Source: a virus. Taken from it: a stretch of DNA of 64,000 bases. Location: IMG/VR virus record IMGVR_UViG_3300017987_000009, positions 1 through 64,000 of that record. One strand, given 5' to 3'. Of this stretch, positions 34,649 through 43,226 are shown one piece after another. The position numbers were made by a program, and so were the translations under genes. Position 1 is the first letter of the stretch, and each line of letters starts with the position of its first letter. The notes under the pieces were generated by a model. It made no database searches. It saw only the letters and a program-made list of their open reading frames with translations, and was not told the DNA's origin.

Positions 34649-37114
34649 ATGGCGACGCTGACAGTAGACAACAGGCACGCGTACGTGGAGGGCGCCCCGC
34701 TCCACGCGCAGCGCGCGATCGCGCGCGAGACCAGCTACCTGCAGGCCGGGTACAAGCACACCGCCGGGTTCAAGACGAAGCGGTGGGACGGCAAGCGGAA
34801 GCTGGCGTCGATGCTGAAGGACGGGCGAATCAAGGTCCCGGCCGGGCTGGCGCAGGCGGTGGCCGACACGCTGTGCGACGAGGGCGTGCCCGTGCGGACG
34901 GTCGACGAGCGCCGCCGCCAGGAGCGCAGCGTGGCCTACGGCTGGGACCCGGGGTGCTCGCTGCGCCCGTACCAGGAGCGGGCGGTCGCGCTCGCGACGA
35001 CGCCGCGCGGCACGCTCGGCCTGGTCGGCCGCGGGATCCTGAAGCTGCCGCCGCGCAGTGGCAAGACGCTGGTCACCGCCGCCATCGTCCGCGAGCTGGG
35101 CGCCCGCGCGCTGTTCATCGTCCCGTCAAAGTACCTGCTGCACCAGGCGAGGGCCGCCATCGGCGACGCGCTCCAGGCCGAGGTGGGGCAGGCGGGCGAC
35201 GGCGAGTGGGAGCCGCGCGACGTGACGGTCGCGACGGTACAGACGCTGTGCAGCCGGCGCGGGAAGAACACCAAGAGGGAGCCGGCCGCGCCGGAGTACA
35301 CCGAGCTGCTCGCTCGCTCCGACCTGGTCGTGTTCGACGAGTGCTTCCCGGCGGGGACCATAGTCGGCGACAAGCGAATCGAAAAGATCCGAATCGGGGA
35401 CGAAGTCCCGTCCTTCGACGAAGGTAGCCGACGAGCAGTGAGCGGGCGGGTCGTACGCCTGTTCAAGAAGCGGTGCGTCGAGTTGGTCAGGGTTCGTTTT
35501 ATCTGCGGGAGGTCGCTGGTCTGCACTCCTAACCACCCCTTGTACTCGTCGCGCGGGTGGGTCCGCGCCGACAGCTTGACTGAAGGATCGGAGGTGCTGC
35601 GTGTCGATGACAACGATGGCGTGCACCGGCTGCGGACAGCCGGTGATCAAGACCAGAAAGAGACCGACCGCCTATTGCGAAGCGTGCCAGGCGGCGCGGC
35701 GATTGGCCCGGCGAAAGAAGGTCCAAACCGAGTGCGCCTGGTGCGGGGCGCAGATCCAGTTGAGCGGGCGCCTCGGTCTGCAAGCGGCGAATCGGGGACG
35801 GGGGTACTGCTCGAAACAGTGCAAAAAGAAGTGGATGAAGCGGCGCTGGTCGGAAACGATGGCGGCGACGAACCGGAAGCACGCGTCAGCTCGGATGAAG
35901 AAGAACAACCCGTCAAGGAGACCGGATGTGCGAGCGAAGATATCGCGAACGCTGCGACTCATCGGACACCGTCCGCCGTGGACCGGCGGCAAGGGGCGAG
36001 GGACGACACGACCGCAGCGAGCGCTTCTAGCGGCGCTAACGAGAATCCAAGACGGGTGGACGGCCGAGCTGCCGATCGGCGTCAGAGGAGTCTCGGGGCT
36101 ACCGAGGTGCGTCTACGTGGACCTGGCGCACGAGGCGAGCAAGACGGCGGTGGAGGTGGACGGCGGAAGCCACTGCACGCTCAAAGCTCAAGCGTCGGAC
36201 CGGAAAAAGGAGCGGTTCTTAGCTGGTCGCGGGTGGACCGTGTTGAGGTTCTCGAACCGGGAAGTGACGGAAGGTTTGGAGGCGTGTGTCCGGACGGTCA
36301 CGTCTACAACCTCGAAGTCGACCGGTTCCACACGTACACGGCCGACGGCTTCGTAGTCCACAACTGCCACCACCTCTCGTCCGACGAGTGGCGCAAGGTC
36401 GTGCGCGAGAGCGACGCGCCGTACAAGATCGGGCTGAGCGCGACCGCGTTCGTCGACCGCGAGGAGGAGGCGGAGCTTGGCGTGATCTGGCTGCGCGCCT
36501 GCACGGGCGAGGTCCTGGTCGACCTGTCGTGCAGCGACCTGATCAGGCAGGGCTACCTCGTCCGCCCGGAGATCCGCGTCCACGCGATCCGCGAGCCCGA
36601 CCTCCGGCGGCGCGGCTGGAGCACGAAGCTGCACCGCGACGCGATCTACAGGAACGAGCACCGCAACCGGAAGATCGCCGAGCTCGCGTGCGGGCACGCG
36701 GCCGCCGGCCGGCGGACCGTCGTCGTCACCAGCAGGCTCGAGCAGGTCGGCGCCATCACGCGCTTGCTTGGACAGACGCGTGTCCGCTTTGCGCGCGTGG
36801 TCGGGCAGACGCCTCAGTCGACACGCGACCGACAGGTCTCGCGCCTGCGGCGCGGCGAGCTCGACGCGCTCGTCGGCACTGTGCTGGACGAGGGCGTCGA
36901 CATCCCCGAGGTCGACGCGGTGGTCAACGCCGAGGGCGGCGCCGACGACAAGACCACGTACCAGCGCCTGCGCTGCCTGACGCCGCACCCAGGCAAGGCG
37001 CGCGCGTACGTCGACGACTTCGTCGACCTGACGCACCCGTACTTCGCGGCGCACTCGCTCAAGCGGCTGGCCGTGTACCGGTCCGAGCCCGAGTTCCGCG
37101 TCGCGGTCCGCTGA
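34649..37114 (+). CDS. SF2 DExH helicase (XPB/UvsW-like), intein-containing
   Basis: LRPYQ, PPRSGKT, DE|intein|CHH, GLSAT, DEGVDIP, YQR.R.L motifs. Confidence 0.92.
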   Translation: MATLTVDNRHAYVEGAPLHAQRAIARETSYLQAGYKHTAGFKTKRWDGKRKLASMLKDGRIKVPAGLAQAVADTLCDEGVPVRTVDERRRQERSVAYGWDPGCSLRPYQERAVALATTPRGTLGLVGRGILKLPPRSGKTLVTAAIVRELGARALFIVPSKYLLHQARAAIGDALQAEVGQAGDGEWEPRDVTVATVQTLCSRRGKNTKREPAAPEYTELLARSDLVVFDECFPAGTIVGDKRIEKIRIGDEVPSFDEGSRRAVSGRVVRLFKKRCVELVRVRFICGRSLVCTPNHPLYSSRGWVRADSLTEGSEVLRVDDNDGVHRLRTAGDQDQKETDRLLRSVPGGAAIGPAKEGPNRVRLVRGADPVERAPRSASGESGTGVLLETVQKEVDEAALVGNDGGDEPEARVSSDEEEQPVKETGCASEDIANAATHRTPSAVDRRQGARDDTTAASASSGANENPRRVDGRAADRRQRSLGATEVRLRGPGARGEQDGGGGGRRKPLHAQSSSVGPEKGAVLSWSRVDRVEVLEPGSDGRFGGVCPDGHVYNLEVDRFHTYTADGFVVHNCHHLSSDEWRKVVRESDAPYKIGLSATAFVDREEEAELGVIWLRACTGEVLVDLSCSDLIRQGYLVRPEIRVHAIREPDLRRRGWSTKLHRDAIYRNEHRNRKIAELACGHAAAGRRTVVVTSRLEQVGAITRLLGQTRVRFARVVGQTPQSTRDRQVSRLRRGELDALVGTVLDEGVDIPEVDAVVNAEGGADDKTTYQRLRCLTPHPGKARAYVDDFVDLTHPYFAAHSLKRLAVYRSEPEFRVAVR
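35342..36364 (+). mobile_element. Intein (341 aa) inserted in the helicase DExH motif
   Basis: Starts CFPAGTIV; block B CTPNHPL; ends VYNLEV..HTYTADGFVVHN followed by Cys. Removing it restores DECHH. Confidence 0.95.
35601..36356 (+). CDS. Vsr/DUF559-like endonuclease with zinc-binding N-terminus, nested in the +1 frame of the intein
   Basis: Own SD GGAGGT at 35590-35595. CxxC pairs, YCSKQC, NP..RPDVRAKIS, YVDLA..AVEVDGGSH..DRKKERFL..GWTVLRFSNREV. Confidence 0.88.
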   Translation: MSMTTMACTGCGQPVIKTRKRPTAYCEACQAARRLARRKKVQTECAWCGAQIQLSGRLGLQAANRGRGYCSKQCKKKWMKRRWSETMAATNRKHASARMKKNNPSRRPDVRAKISRTLRLIGHRPPWTGGKGRGTTRPQRALLAALTRIQDGWTAELPIGVRGVSGLPRCVYVDLAHEASKTAVEVDGGSHCTLKAQASDRKKERFLAGRGWTVLRFSNREVTEGLEACVRTVTSTTSKSTGSTRTRPTAS

Positions 37115-37123
37115 GCTTTCCTG

Positions 37124-37153
37124 TTTACTCCGGCCGGCCGGCGGCGGTATTAT
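37124..37153 (+). promoter_or_regulatory. Sigma70-like promoter
   Basis: TTTACT-N18-TATTAT in the intergenic gap before the replication genes. Confidence 0.55.
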
Positions 37154-37312
37154 ACCGGCTCGCGCGCTGTTTGGAGAAGAACGGGAACGTGCCTACAATC
37201 AAACTACCCCCGCCCCTCGCGGCAGTTAGACCGGTTCCGGTTGGTCCCGGGTCCCGTTCTTCGGCTGCGCGCGAAGCGAGGGGCGGGCGGCTCCAACTCG
37301 AGGAGGTGGGAC

Positions 37313-37621
37313 GTGGCTAAGCGCAAGCGGCCGGACGAGTGGGTCCGGCTGGACGAGGCGTACGACGCGCTGACGCGAGAGGCGTACGCGGTGTGGGTCA
37401 GGATGATGCTGGTGCCGTCGTCGTCGCTGGAGGGCGCCGGCCTGGCTGGGCTCGCGCGGGTGTTCCGGTACAAGGAGCGCGGGTTCCGCGAGGTCCTGCG
37501 CGAGCTGCGCAACAAGGGGTACCTGCGAGTGGTCACCCCGCCGCGGCCGGGGCAGAAGGCGGCGATCGAGATCGTCAAGAAGCCGGTGCTGGTCGGCGCT
37601 GACAGGTTCGTCAGGTTCTAG
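37313..37621 (+). CDS. Winged-helix DNA-binding protein
   Basis: SD AGGAGGT + GTG 37313; LAGLARVF..FREVLRELRNKGYL. Confidence 0.7.
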   Translation: MAKRKRPDEWVRLDEAYDALTREAYAVWVRMMLVPSSSLEGAGLAGLARVFRYKERGFREVLRELRNKGYLRVVTPPRPGQKAAIEIVKKPVLVGADRFVRF

Positions 37622-37630
37622 GAGGGCGGC

Positions 37631-38932
37631 GTGCGCGAGAGGCAGTCGAGGAAGTACCGGAAAGTCAGCGCGCGGCTGTGGAACGACCCGAGGTTCAGGT
37701 CGCTATCGCTGCCCGGACCGAGCGGGCAGTTCCTCTACTGGTTCCTGCGGACGGGGCCGCAGGCGAGCATCGTGCCGGGCCTGTTCGAGGCGCGGGCGCC
37801 GGGCTTGGCGGATCGGCTCGGCTGGAGCGTCGACGACTTCAAGCGGGAGTTCAAGTCGCTGTCGTCGACGTCGCCGCCGCTGGCGCTCGCCGACTGGGAC
37901 GCGGGGCTCGTGTGGATCCCCGACGCCGTCGACGACGACCGGCCGCAGTCTGTCAACACAGTCAAGTCGTGGCAGAACTCGTGGGACGAGCTGCCCGACT
38001 GCGAGCTGAAACTTGAAGCGTATCAAGCACTTAGAAATTGCATGTCACATGCCATGTCACATGCTTTTGCAGAAGCATGTCGCCGACCATGTAACACTCA
38101 GACACAGACACAGACACAGACGCAGACACAGACGCAGACACACCGCGCTATGCGCGGTGACGCGCGTACGCGCGAGGCGCAGGCGCAAGCGCGTGAGGAG
38201 AAACCTCGGCAGGCCGGCGTCGACCACTCCCGCCTGCGAGAGGCGCTCGTCGCCGCGAAGGGGAAGAAGTCGACCGGCCGGCCGGCGCCCGTCGACGATA
38301 GCCCGTCAAACCCCGAGCTGTTCGGCCTGCGGTTCAAGGATCGATCCAAGCTGATCCGGTTCCTGGAGTCCGAATACGCGAAGGGCGCGGACCTGCGGCG
38401 GCAGAGAACGCTGCTCGCGAAGATCGAGGACGAAGTCGTCCGCGTGTACCGCGCCGCGAGGTGGCGCGCGACGGGCAACGACTACGTGAAGCTCGGCGAG
38501 GCCGGGCGGAAGGCGGCGCGCGCGATCGGAGTAGCGTGCGTCGGGCACGGCCTGGCGCCCGAGCAGGTGGTCGCGTACTGGCAGGACCCGGAGAACAACT
38601 TCACCAACATGGCGTTCCCGTCGCTCTCGTTCATGGGCGGCGAGAAGAACATCGAGCGGGCGGCGGCGGCGCTCAAGCCGGCGAGGGCCGGGCGGTCGAC
38701 GGCGGCGAGGCGCGGGCACAGCTACGACGACGGCGGCGAGCTGCACCCGCGGCTGCGCGAGGCGCTGGTCGAGGCCGGCCTGCTCGAGGTCGCGCGGTCG
38801 ACGACGAACCGCGAGCTGATGACGGTGCAGAACGCGGCGCTCGCGGTCCTCGAGGGCCGCGACCCGGGGATGAGCCACTTCCTGCGCAGGCAGGCGGAGG
38901 CGGTCGTCCACCTGTTCAAGGAGGGAGGCTGA
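37631..38932 (+). CDS. Phage replication initiator protein
   Basis: YRKVSARLWNDPRFRSLS..FLYWFLRTGP N-terminus; low-complexity TQ linker; upstream of DnaC/DnaB. Confidence 0.72.
   Translation: MRERQSRKYRKVSARLWNDPRFRSLSLPGPSGQFLYWFLRTGPQASIVPGLFEARAPGLADRLGWSVDDFKREFKSLSSTSPPLALADWDAGLVWIPDAVDDDRPQSVNTVKSWQNSWDELPDCELKLEAYQALRNCMSHAMSHAFAEACRRPCNTQTQTQTQTQTQTQTHRAMRGDARTREAQAQAREEKPRQAGVDHSRLREALVAAKGKKSTGRPAPVDDSPSNPELFGLRFKDRSKLIRFLESEYAKGADLRRQRTLLAKIEDEVVRVYRAARWRATGNDYVKLGEAGRKAARAIGVACVGHGLAPEQVVAYWQDPENNFTNMAFPSLSFMGGEKNIERAAAALKPARAGRSTAARRGHSYDDGGELHPRLREALVEAGLLEVARSTTNRELMTVQNAALAVLEGRDPGMSHFLRRQAEAVVHLFKEGG
38010..38140 (+). repeat. Putative replication origin: AT-rich tract, CATGTC iterons and (CAGAC[A/G])x7
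   Basis: CATGTCACATGC x2 at 38041-38064; CATGTC 38076; CATGTA 38088; hexamer array 38099-38140. Confidence 0.6.
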
Positions 38933-38933
38933 C

Positions 38934-39158
38934 GTGACGAGAGGCAACTACGACTGGCAGAGGCGAGCGACGGTGCGCGAGTTCCCGTCGTACGGGTCGC
39001 ACGGCGACGTGGAGTGCTTCAACTGCGGCGAGGCGACGGGAGGAGAGCCGCTCGACACCGAGTACCCGGACGGCGTCGGCAGGTTCCGGCAGACGTGCCC
39101 GGCGTGCGGCTACCACACGTACTACGACTTGAGGGACGGTCGGAAGGAGGAGGGCTGA
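38934..39158 (+). CDS. Small zinc-ribbon protein
   Basis: CFNC..CPAC; SD GGGAGG. Confidence 0.65.
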   Translation: MTRGNYDWQRRATVREFPSYGSHGDVECFNCGEATGGEPLDTEYPDGVGRFRQTCPACGYHTYYDLRDGRKEEG

Positions 39159-39234
39159 CGCGGCGAAGCGACGAGAGCGGCGGCAAGCCGAATAGGCAGG
39201 ACCGGGTAACGAAGAACAAGGAAAGGAGTGAGCA

Positions 39235-39441
39235 ATGACCTACGAGGAAGCGAAGGCGGCGTGTGACGATCGTTGCGGCATCTACCGCACGGCGACGAAG
39301 GTGATGTACTGGAAGCGGGCCGACACCGACCTGGACGGCCGCGTGTCGTCGGGCGACAAGGCCGAGACGGACTGGTGCGTCTACGACCCGCGGTCCGACG
39401 AGAACACGGACATCGGGTTGACGCCCGAAGAGGAGAGCTAG
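39235..39441 (+). CDS. Hypothetical protein
   Basis: SD AAGGAG + ATG. Confidence 0.6.
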   Translation: MTYEEAKAACDDRCGIYRTATKVMYWKRADTDLDGRVSSGDKAETDWCVYDPRSDENTDIGLTPEEES

Positions 39442-39548
39442 TGGCGAACAGGTACATCACGACGGAGAAGGAACTCAGGGATGACCTCACCAACCTCCGC
39501 GCCTCGCACGAGGCGGCGGCGCGGCGGGCCGTGCTGCCCGGAGGATAG
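39441..39548 (+). CDS. Very small hypothetical protein
   Basis: TAGTG overlap, SD GAGGAG. Confidence 0.4.
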   Translation: MANRYITTEKELRDDLTNLRASHEAAARRAVLPGG

Positions 39549-39552
39549 ATCG

Positions 39553-39810
39553 ATGAAAGAGAAGACCAGACGATTTTACCTGGACAACAGCGAGTTGCTG
39601 AGCGCAGCCGAGTGCCTGGAGAGCTACGCCCAGGCGCTCGACGACGATGGAGAGCCGGACGCCGCCGGGGTCGAACGCGACACAGCCGAGACCATGCGGC
39701 ACATCGCCTTCCAGGCGCAGGGAGGCAAGCCCGTTCGAAACGCGGCCGGGCTATTGTTGCCCACGATCGAGATCATGGTGCGCGCCACGGTGGAAGTGGA
39801 GGATGTGTAA
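39553..39810 (+). CDS. Hypothetical protein
   Basis: SD GGAGGA + ATG 39553. Confidence 0.55.
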   Translation: MKEKTRRFYLDNSELLSAAECLESYAQALDDDGEPDAAGVERDTAETMRHIAFQAQGGKPVRNAAGLLLPTIEIMVRATVEVEDV

Positions 39811-40217
39811 TGCGTGGGAGCTATTTGAACGACCCGTGCCGCGAGCTGCGTACCGGCGAACCAGACGACGGACCAACCAGGCCGGCACCTGGAACGCGAC
39901 TATTGAGGCGGCGCGGTGACACCACCTGGTCGTCGTTGGTTATCGAGATCTGCACGGTGCAGCATCGAGGCGGTCTCGAGGTCGAGGAGGTCTATGCCTT
40001 GCACGAGTCGGGCTTGACGTTCAGCTGGTCCCCACTGTCGGGCTGGCCCGGGCGCTGGACGGTGCGGGTGATGGAGCCCGCCGAGCCGGTTGTCGGTAAC
40101 GGGCCGATGTCGGGCAAGACGCCGGTAGAGGCTCTGCGCGCCGCTGTCGAGAGGTACAGGTCTCCGGCCTGGTCGGCCGAGGTGAAGTTGTTGGAGAGGT
40201 TGGAACAAGGAGGATAG
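39810..40217 (+). CDS. Hypothetical protein
   Basis: TAATG overlap, SD GGAGGA. Confidence 0.55.
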   Translation: MRGSYLNDPCRELRTGEPDDGPTRPAPGTRLLRRRGDTTWSSLVIEICTVQHRGGLEVEEVYALHESGLTFSWSPLSGWPGRWTVRVMEPAEPVVGNGPMSGKTPVEALRAAVERYRSPAWSAEVKLLERLEQGG

Positions 40218-40221
40218 ACAG

Positions 40222-40653
40222 ATGAAAGAGAAACTATTGTTTGCTGTGCACCTGGGCTTGGTGGGCGACCGCCCTGCCGGGATAATCATGCAGAACCATT
40301 GCCTGCCGATCGCGTTTTCGCACGCGTCGTGGGAAGGAGATGACGGCCGGGTGCACGCCGAGGCGGGTTTCGCCGCGTGTTGGGAAGCCACGGCCGACGT
40401 GGAGGAGTTCTTCGCGTACCTGGGCCTGTCGAGCATCGAGAACGGGCTGCTACGCCCGGGCTCCAAGGATGTGAGGCCGAACGGGATGCACGTCTACGAG
40501 GTGGAGTACGATGAGGAGGGCGTATCCGACGATGAGGACGACGAGGAGTTCTGGTGGGTTCACCTCTCAGGCGGTACCCTTCGTAGACCGACGGCGGAAG
40601 AACTGGAGCCGCTCACGCGCGGACAGGCCCCGTGGGGAGGGATGGTGCTGTGA
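40222..40653 (+). CDS. Hypothetical acidic protein
   Basis: SD AAGGAGG + ATG. Confidence 0.6.
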   Translation: MKEKLLFAVHLGLVGDRPAGIIMQNHCLPIAFSHASWEGDDGRVHAEAGFAACWEATADVEEFFAYLGLSSIENGLLRPGSKDVRPNGMHVYEVEYDEEGVSDDEDDEEFWWVHLSGGTLRRPTAEELEPLTRGQAPWGGMVL

Positions 40654-40799
40654 AACCAAGTGTTAGCGTATTGTTGGAGCCGGTCATGGGTACGACGAGC
40701 GCGATGAATGAGTTGCGGAGTTTGCTGGAGGATTACGGTTACCTCGCCTCCGAACTCGCCGCCCCCGGTGAGGCGGTCGGCACCGAGGAGAAGAGGTGA
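40650..40799 (+). CDS. Small hypothetical protein (49 aa, not in ORF track)
   Basis: GTGA overlaps at both ends; fills the gap. Confidence 0.4.
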   Translation: MKPSVSVLLEPVMGTTSAMNELRSLLEDYGYLASELAAPGEAVGTEEKR

Positions 40800-41467
40800 G
40801 GACCCACGACGAGGTCGAGGACTTCAAGGTCCGGACGAAGAAGGATGGCGACACCTTCACCCGGGCGAAGCACGTCTCGCTGTACCGCGCCTGCGTGCCG
40901 CGCGACTTCTGGGACGTGCGGCCCGACGACGTCGCCCACAACGTCGAGGCGTTCCGGTCGTACGTCGTGCCGTACTGCACGCGGCTGGACCGCGCGCGGG
41001 CCAGCGGCTACGGCCTGTTCTTCGAGGGCGACAACGGGGTCGGCAAGACGATGTTCCTGTCGTACGTCCTGGGCTACGCGGTCGAGCGCGGGTACCTCGC
41101 GTACTACACGACGGTCCTCGACCTGGACTTCGACCTTAAGCGCGGGTTCGGCGACCGCGAGATCATGGGCCGGATGGACCAGCTGCTCGACTCCGACTTC
41201 CTCGCGCTGGACGAGCTGAGCAAGGAGCAGTTCAGGTCGGGCGACTCGTGGATCCGGACGCAGGTCGAGCGCGTGCTGAAGCGGAGGCACGACAACAACA
41301 TGCCGACGCTGGTGGCGTCGAACGCCAGCGCGAAGAAGGTCGGGCAGGCCTACGGCGCGACCGTCGCGTCGGTCCTGGCCGGGAAGTACCAGCACGTCGT
41401 GTTCGACGCCGGCGACTACCGGGACCGGCTGAGGTCGCGGATGCGGGAGGACATGGGCTATGAGTGA
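40796..41467 (+). CDS. dnaC: DnaC/IstB-like helicase loader ATPase
   Basis: GDNGVGKT Walker A, FLALDEL Walker B, R..NNMPTLVASN. Confidence 0.85.
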   Translation: MRTHDEVEDFKVRTKKDGDTFTRAKHVSLYRACVPRDFWDVRPDDVAHNVEAFRSYVVPYCTRLDRARASGYGLFFEGDNGVGKTMFLSYVLGYAVERGYLAYYTTVLDLDFDLKRGFGDREIMGRMDQLLDSDFLALDELSKEQFRSGDSWIRTQVERVLKRRHDNNMPTLVASNASAKKVGQAYGATVASVLAGKYQHVVFDAGDYRDRLRSRMREDMGYE

Positions 41468-41639
41468 GGGGCGGCGCAGGTTCGCGGTCGACTACTACGC
41501 CGGCGCGTACAGCGGGACGCGCGTCGTGCTGGCGCGCGACGCTGCGGAGGCGGTCGAGATCGTCCGCGCGTGGGTACGCCGGCAGATGTCGTCGCCGATG
41601 TACGCGGACGGCTACGAGGCGCGGGAGTGCGATGGCTGA
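41460..41639 (+). CDS. Small hypothetical protein (59 aa, not in ORF track)
   Basis: MSEGRRRFAVDYYAGAY...; GC3-rich codons; overlaps dnaC stop and dnaB start. Confidence 0.55.
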   Translation: MSEGRRRFAVDYYAGAYSGTRVVLARDAAEAVEIVRAWVRRQMSSPMYADGYEARECDG

Positions 41640-42990
41640 CTACGACCGCGACTTCGAGCTCGAGGTCCTGGCGCAGTGCCTCAAGGACCCGAAGTACCTG
41701 CGCGAGGCGTCGCGGGTGCTGGACCGCCGGCACTTCGTCGTGCCGGAGCACGCGTGGGTGTGGCGGCTGATCAAGGAGACCTGGGCGGCCGCGAGCGAGG
41801 TGCCGAAGCCCGCGCTGTTCAAGGCGCGCGCCGACGCGGACTTCCGAGACACCGACGAGCGGCGCGGGTACTTCGACGTGGTGGTCGCGATGTTCCGCCA
41901 CGACACGCCGGCGCCGCGCACCGCGCTGGAGGAGCTGCGGCGGTTCGTCCGCACCGCCGACCTGCAGATCGCCATCGAGGAGTCGGTCAAGCTGCAGGAG
42001 CGCGGCGAGTGGGACGAGGCGTGGGACCCGATACGGAGCCTGGTCCGGACGGACGTGCGCCGCACGGGCTACCGCGTGTCGCGCTGGATCGAGGAGTTCG
42101 ACGAGCGGCAGCGGCAGCGGCGCCACCGGCGCGAGCACCCGGAGATGTACCGCTCCATCCCGACCGGGTTCCGCGCGCTGGACCGCGTCATCACCGGCGC
42201 GCAGGAGGGCGAGCTGTGCGGCGTGATGGCCACGACCAACCGCGGCAAGTCCGCGATGGCGGTCAACCTCGGGTTCAACGCGATCTCCCGCGGGTACAAC
42301 GTCGTGCACTTCTCGACGGAGATGGGGCACCTGAAGGTGGCGCAGCGGTACGACAGCCGGTTCACGCAGTACGAGTACCGCAAGTTCAAGCGGTTCGACT
42401 TCACCGACGAGGACCTGGCCAAGATCGACGAGATGGTCGCGCGCAGCACGCGGAAGTACCGCGGCCGGCTGCGGATCATCTCGACGCCGCTGCGCTCCTG
42501 CGACATCGACCTGATACGCGGGGTGGTCGAGGACATGCGCGTCGAGATGCCGAGCGTCGACATGGTCGTCGTCGACAGCGGCGACCACCTGCAGGCGCGC
42601 GGCCGGTTCGAGAAGAAGTACGAGGCGGAGGGCTCGAACTTCTGGGACCTGAAGGACTTGGCGGAGGACCTGGAGATCCCGGTCTGGGTGACGCTGCAGG
42701 CGAAGCAGGAGTTCGAGACCAAGCTCGCGACGACGCGCGCGTCCGGCGGCGCGTACGCCAAGTCGCAGATCGTGGACTTGCTCATCTCTATCAACGAGCC
42801 CGGCGAGCGGTCGCGTGTCGCCGCCGTGACGTCGGACAGCGCGGACGTGCCGGCGCCCACGCACCGCGCGGACCTCGAGCTGTTCGTCGCGAAGTACCGG
42901 GACGACGAGAGCAAGTTCTTCATCCCGATCGAGACCGACCTCAAGCGGATGCTGATCAAGGAGTTCGACGCGATGGGTGGCGCGGAGTGA
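41632..42990 (+). CDS. dnaB: DnaB-like replicative helicase
   Basis: IPTGF..LD, ATTNRGKS, HFSTEM, VVVDSGDHL, VAKYRD; real start MADYD at 41632. Confidence 0.9.
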   Translation: MADYDRDFELEVLAQCLKDPKYLREASRVLDRRHFVVPEHAWVWRLIKETWAAASEVPKPALFKARADADFRDTDERRGYFDVVVAMFRHDTPAPRTALEELRRFVRTADLQIAIEESVKLQERGEWDEAWDPIRSLVRTDVRRTGYRVSRWIEEFDERQRQRRHRREHPEMYRSIPTGFRALDRVITGAQEGELCGVMATTNRGKSAMAVNLGFNAISRGYNVVHFSTEMGHLKVAQRYDSRFTQYEYRKFKRFDFTDEDLAKIDEMVARSTRKYRGRLRIISTPLRSCDIDLIRGVVEDMRVEMPSVDMVVVDSGDHLQARGRFEKKYEAEGSNFWDLKDLAEDLEIPVWVTLQAKQEFETKLATTRASGGAYAKSQIVDLLISINEPGERSRVAAVTSDSADVPAPTHRADLELFVAKYRDDESKFFIPIETDLKRMLIKEFDAMGGAE

Positions 42991-43226
42991 CGGGCAGGGT
43001 GTTCGACTTCGGCCGGCTGTCGTCGGTCGCCGAGATACAGGGCAGCGCGCGCGACTACCTGAGGCTGTGCCGAGCGGCGCCGACCAGGATGGCGAAGTCG
43101 CTGATCGGGTCGATCGCCCTGGTGCCGAACCCTCGCCTGCCGCCGGGGACCGTCGTGATGCGCGACGCGCAGGTCCGGCTCGTCGAGATCGTCAACCTCG
43201 ACGACGAGGGCGTGGATGCCGATTGA
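42987..43226 (+). CDS. Hypothetical protein
   Basis: GTGA overlap; fills the gap. Confidence 0.5.
   Translation: MTGRVFDFGRLSSVAEIQGSARDYLRLCRAAPTRMAKSLIGSIALVPNPRLPPGTVVMRDAQVRLVEIVNLDDEGVDAD

Noticed and set aside
38099-38140. Hexamer array or proline-gene repeats as a CRISPR array
   Set aside because: No unique spacers, in-frame coding repeats, no cas genes.
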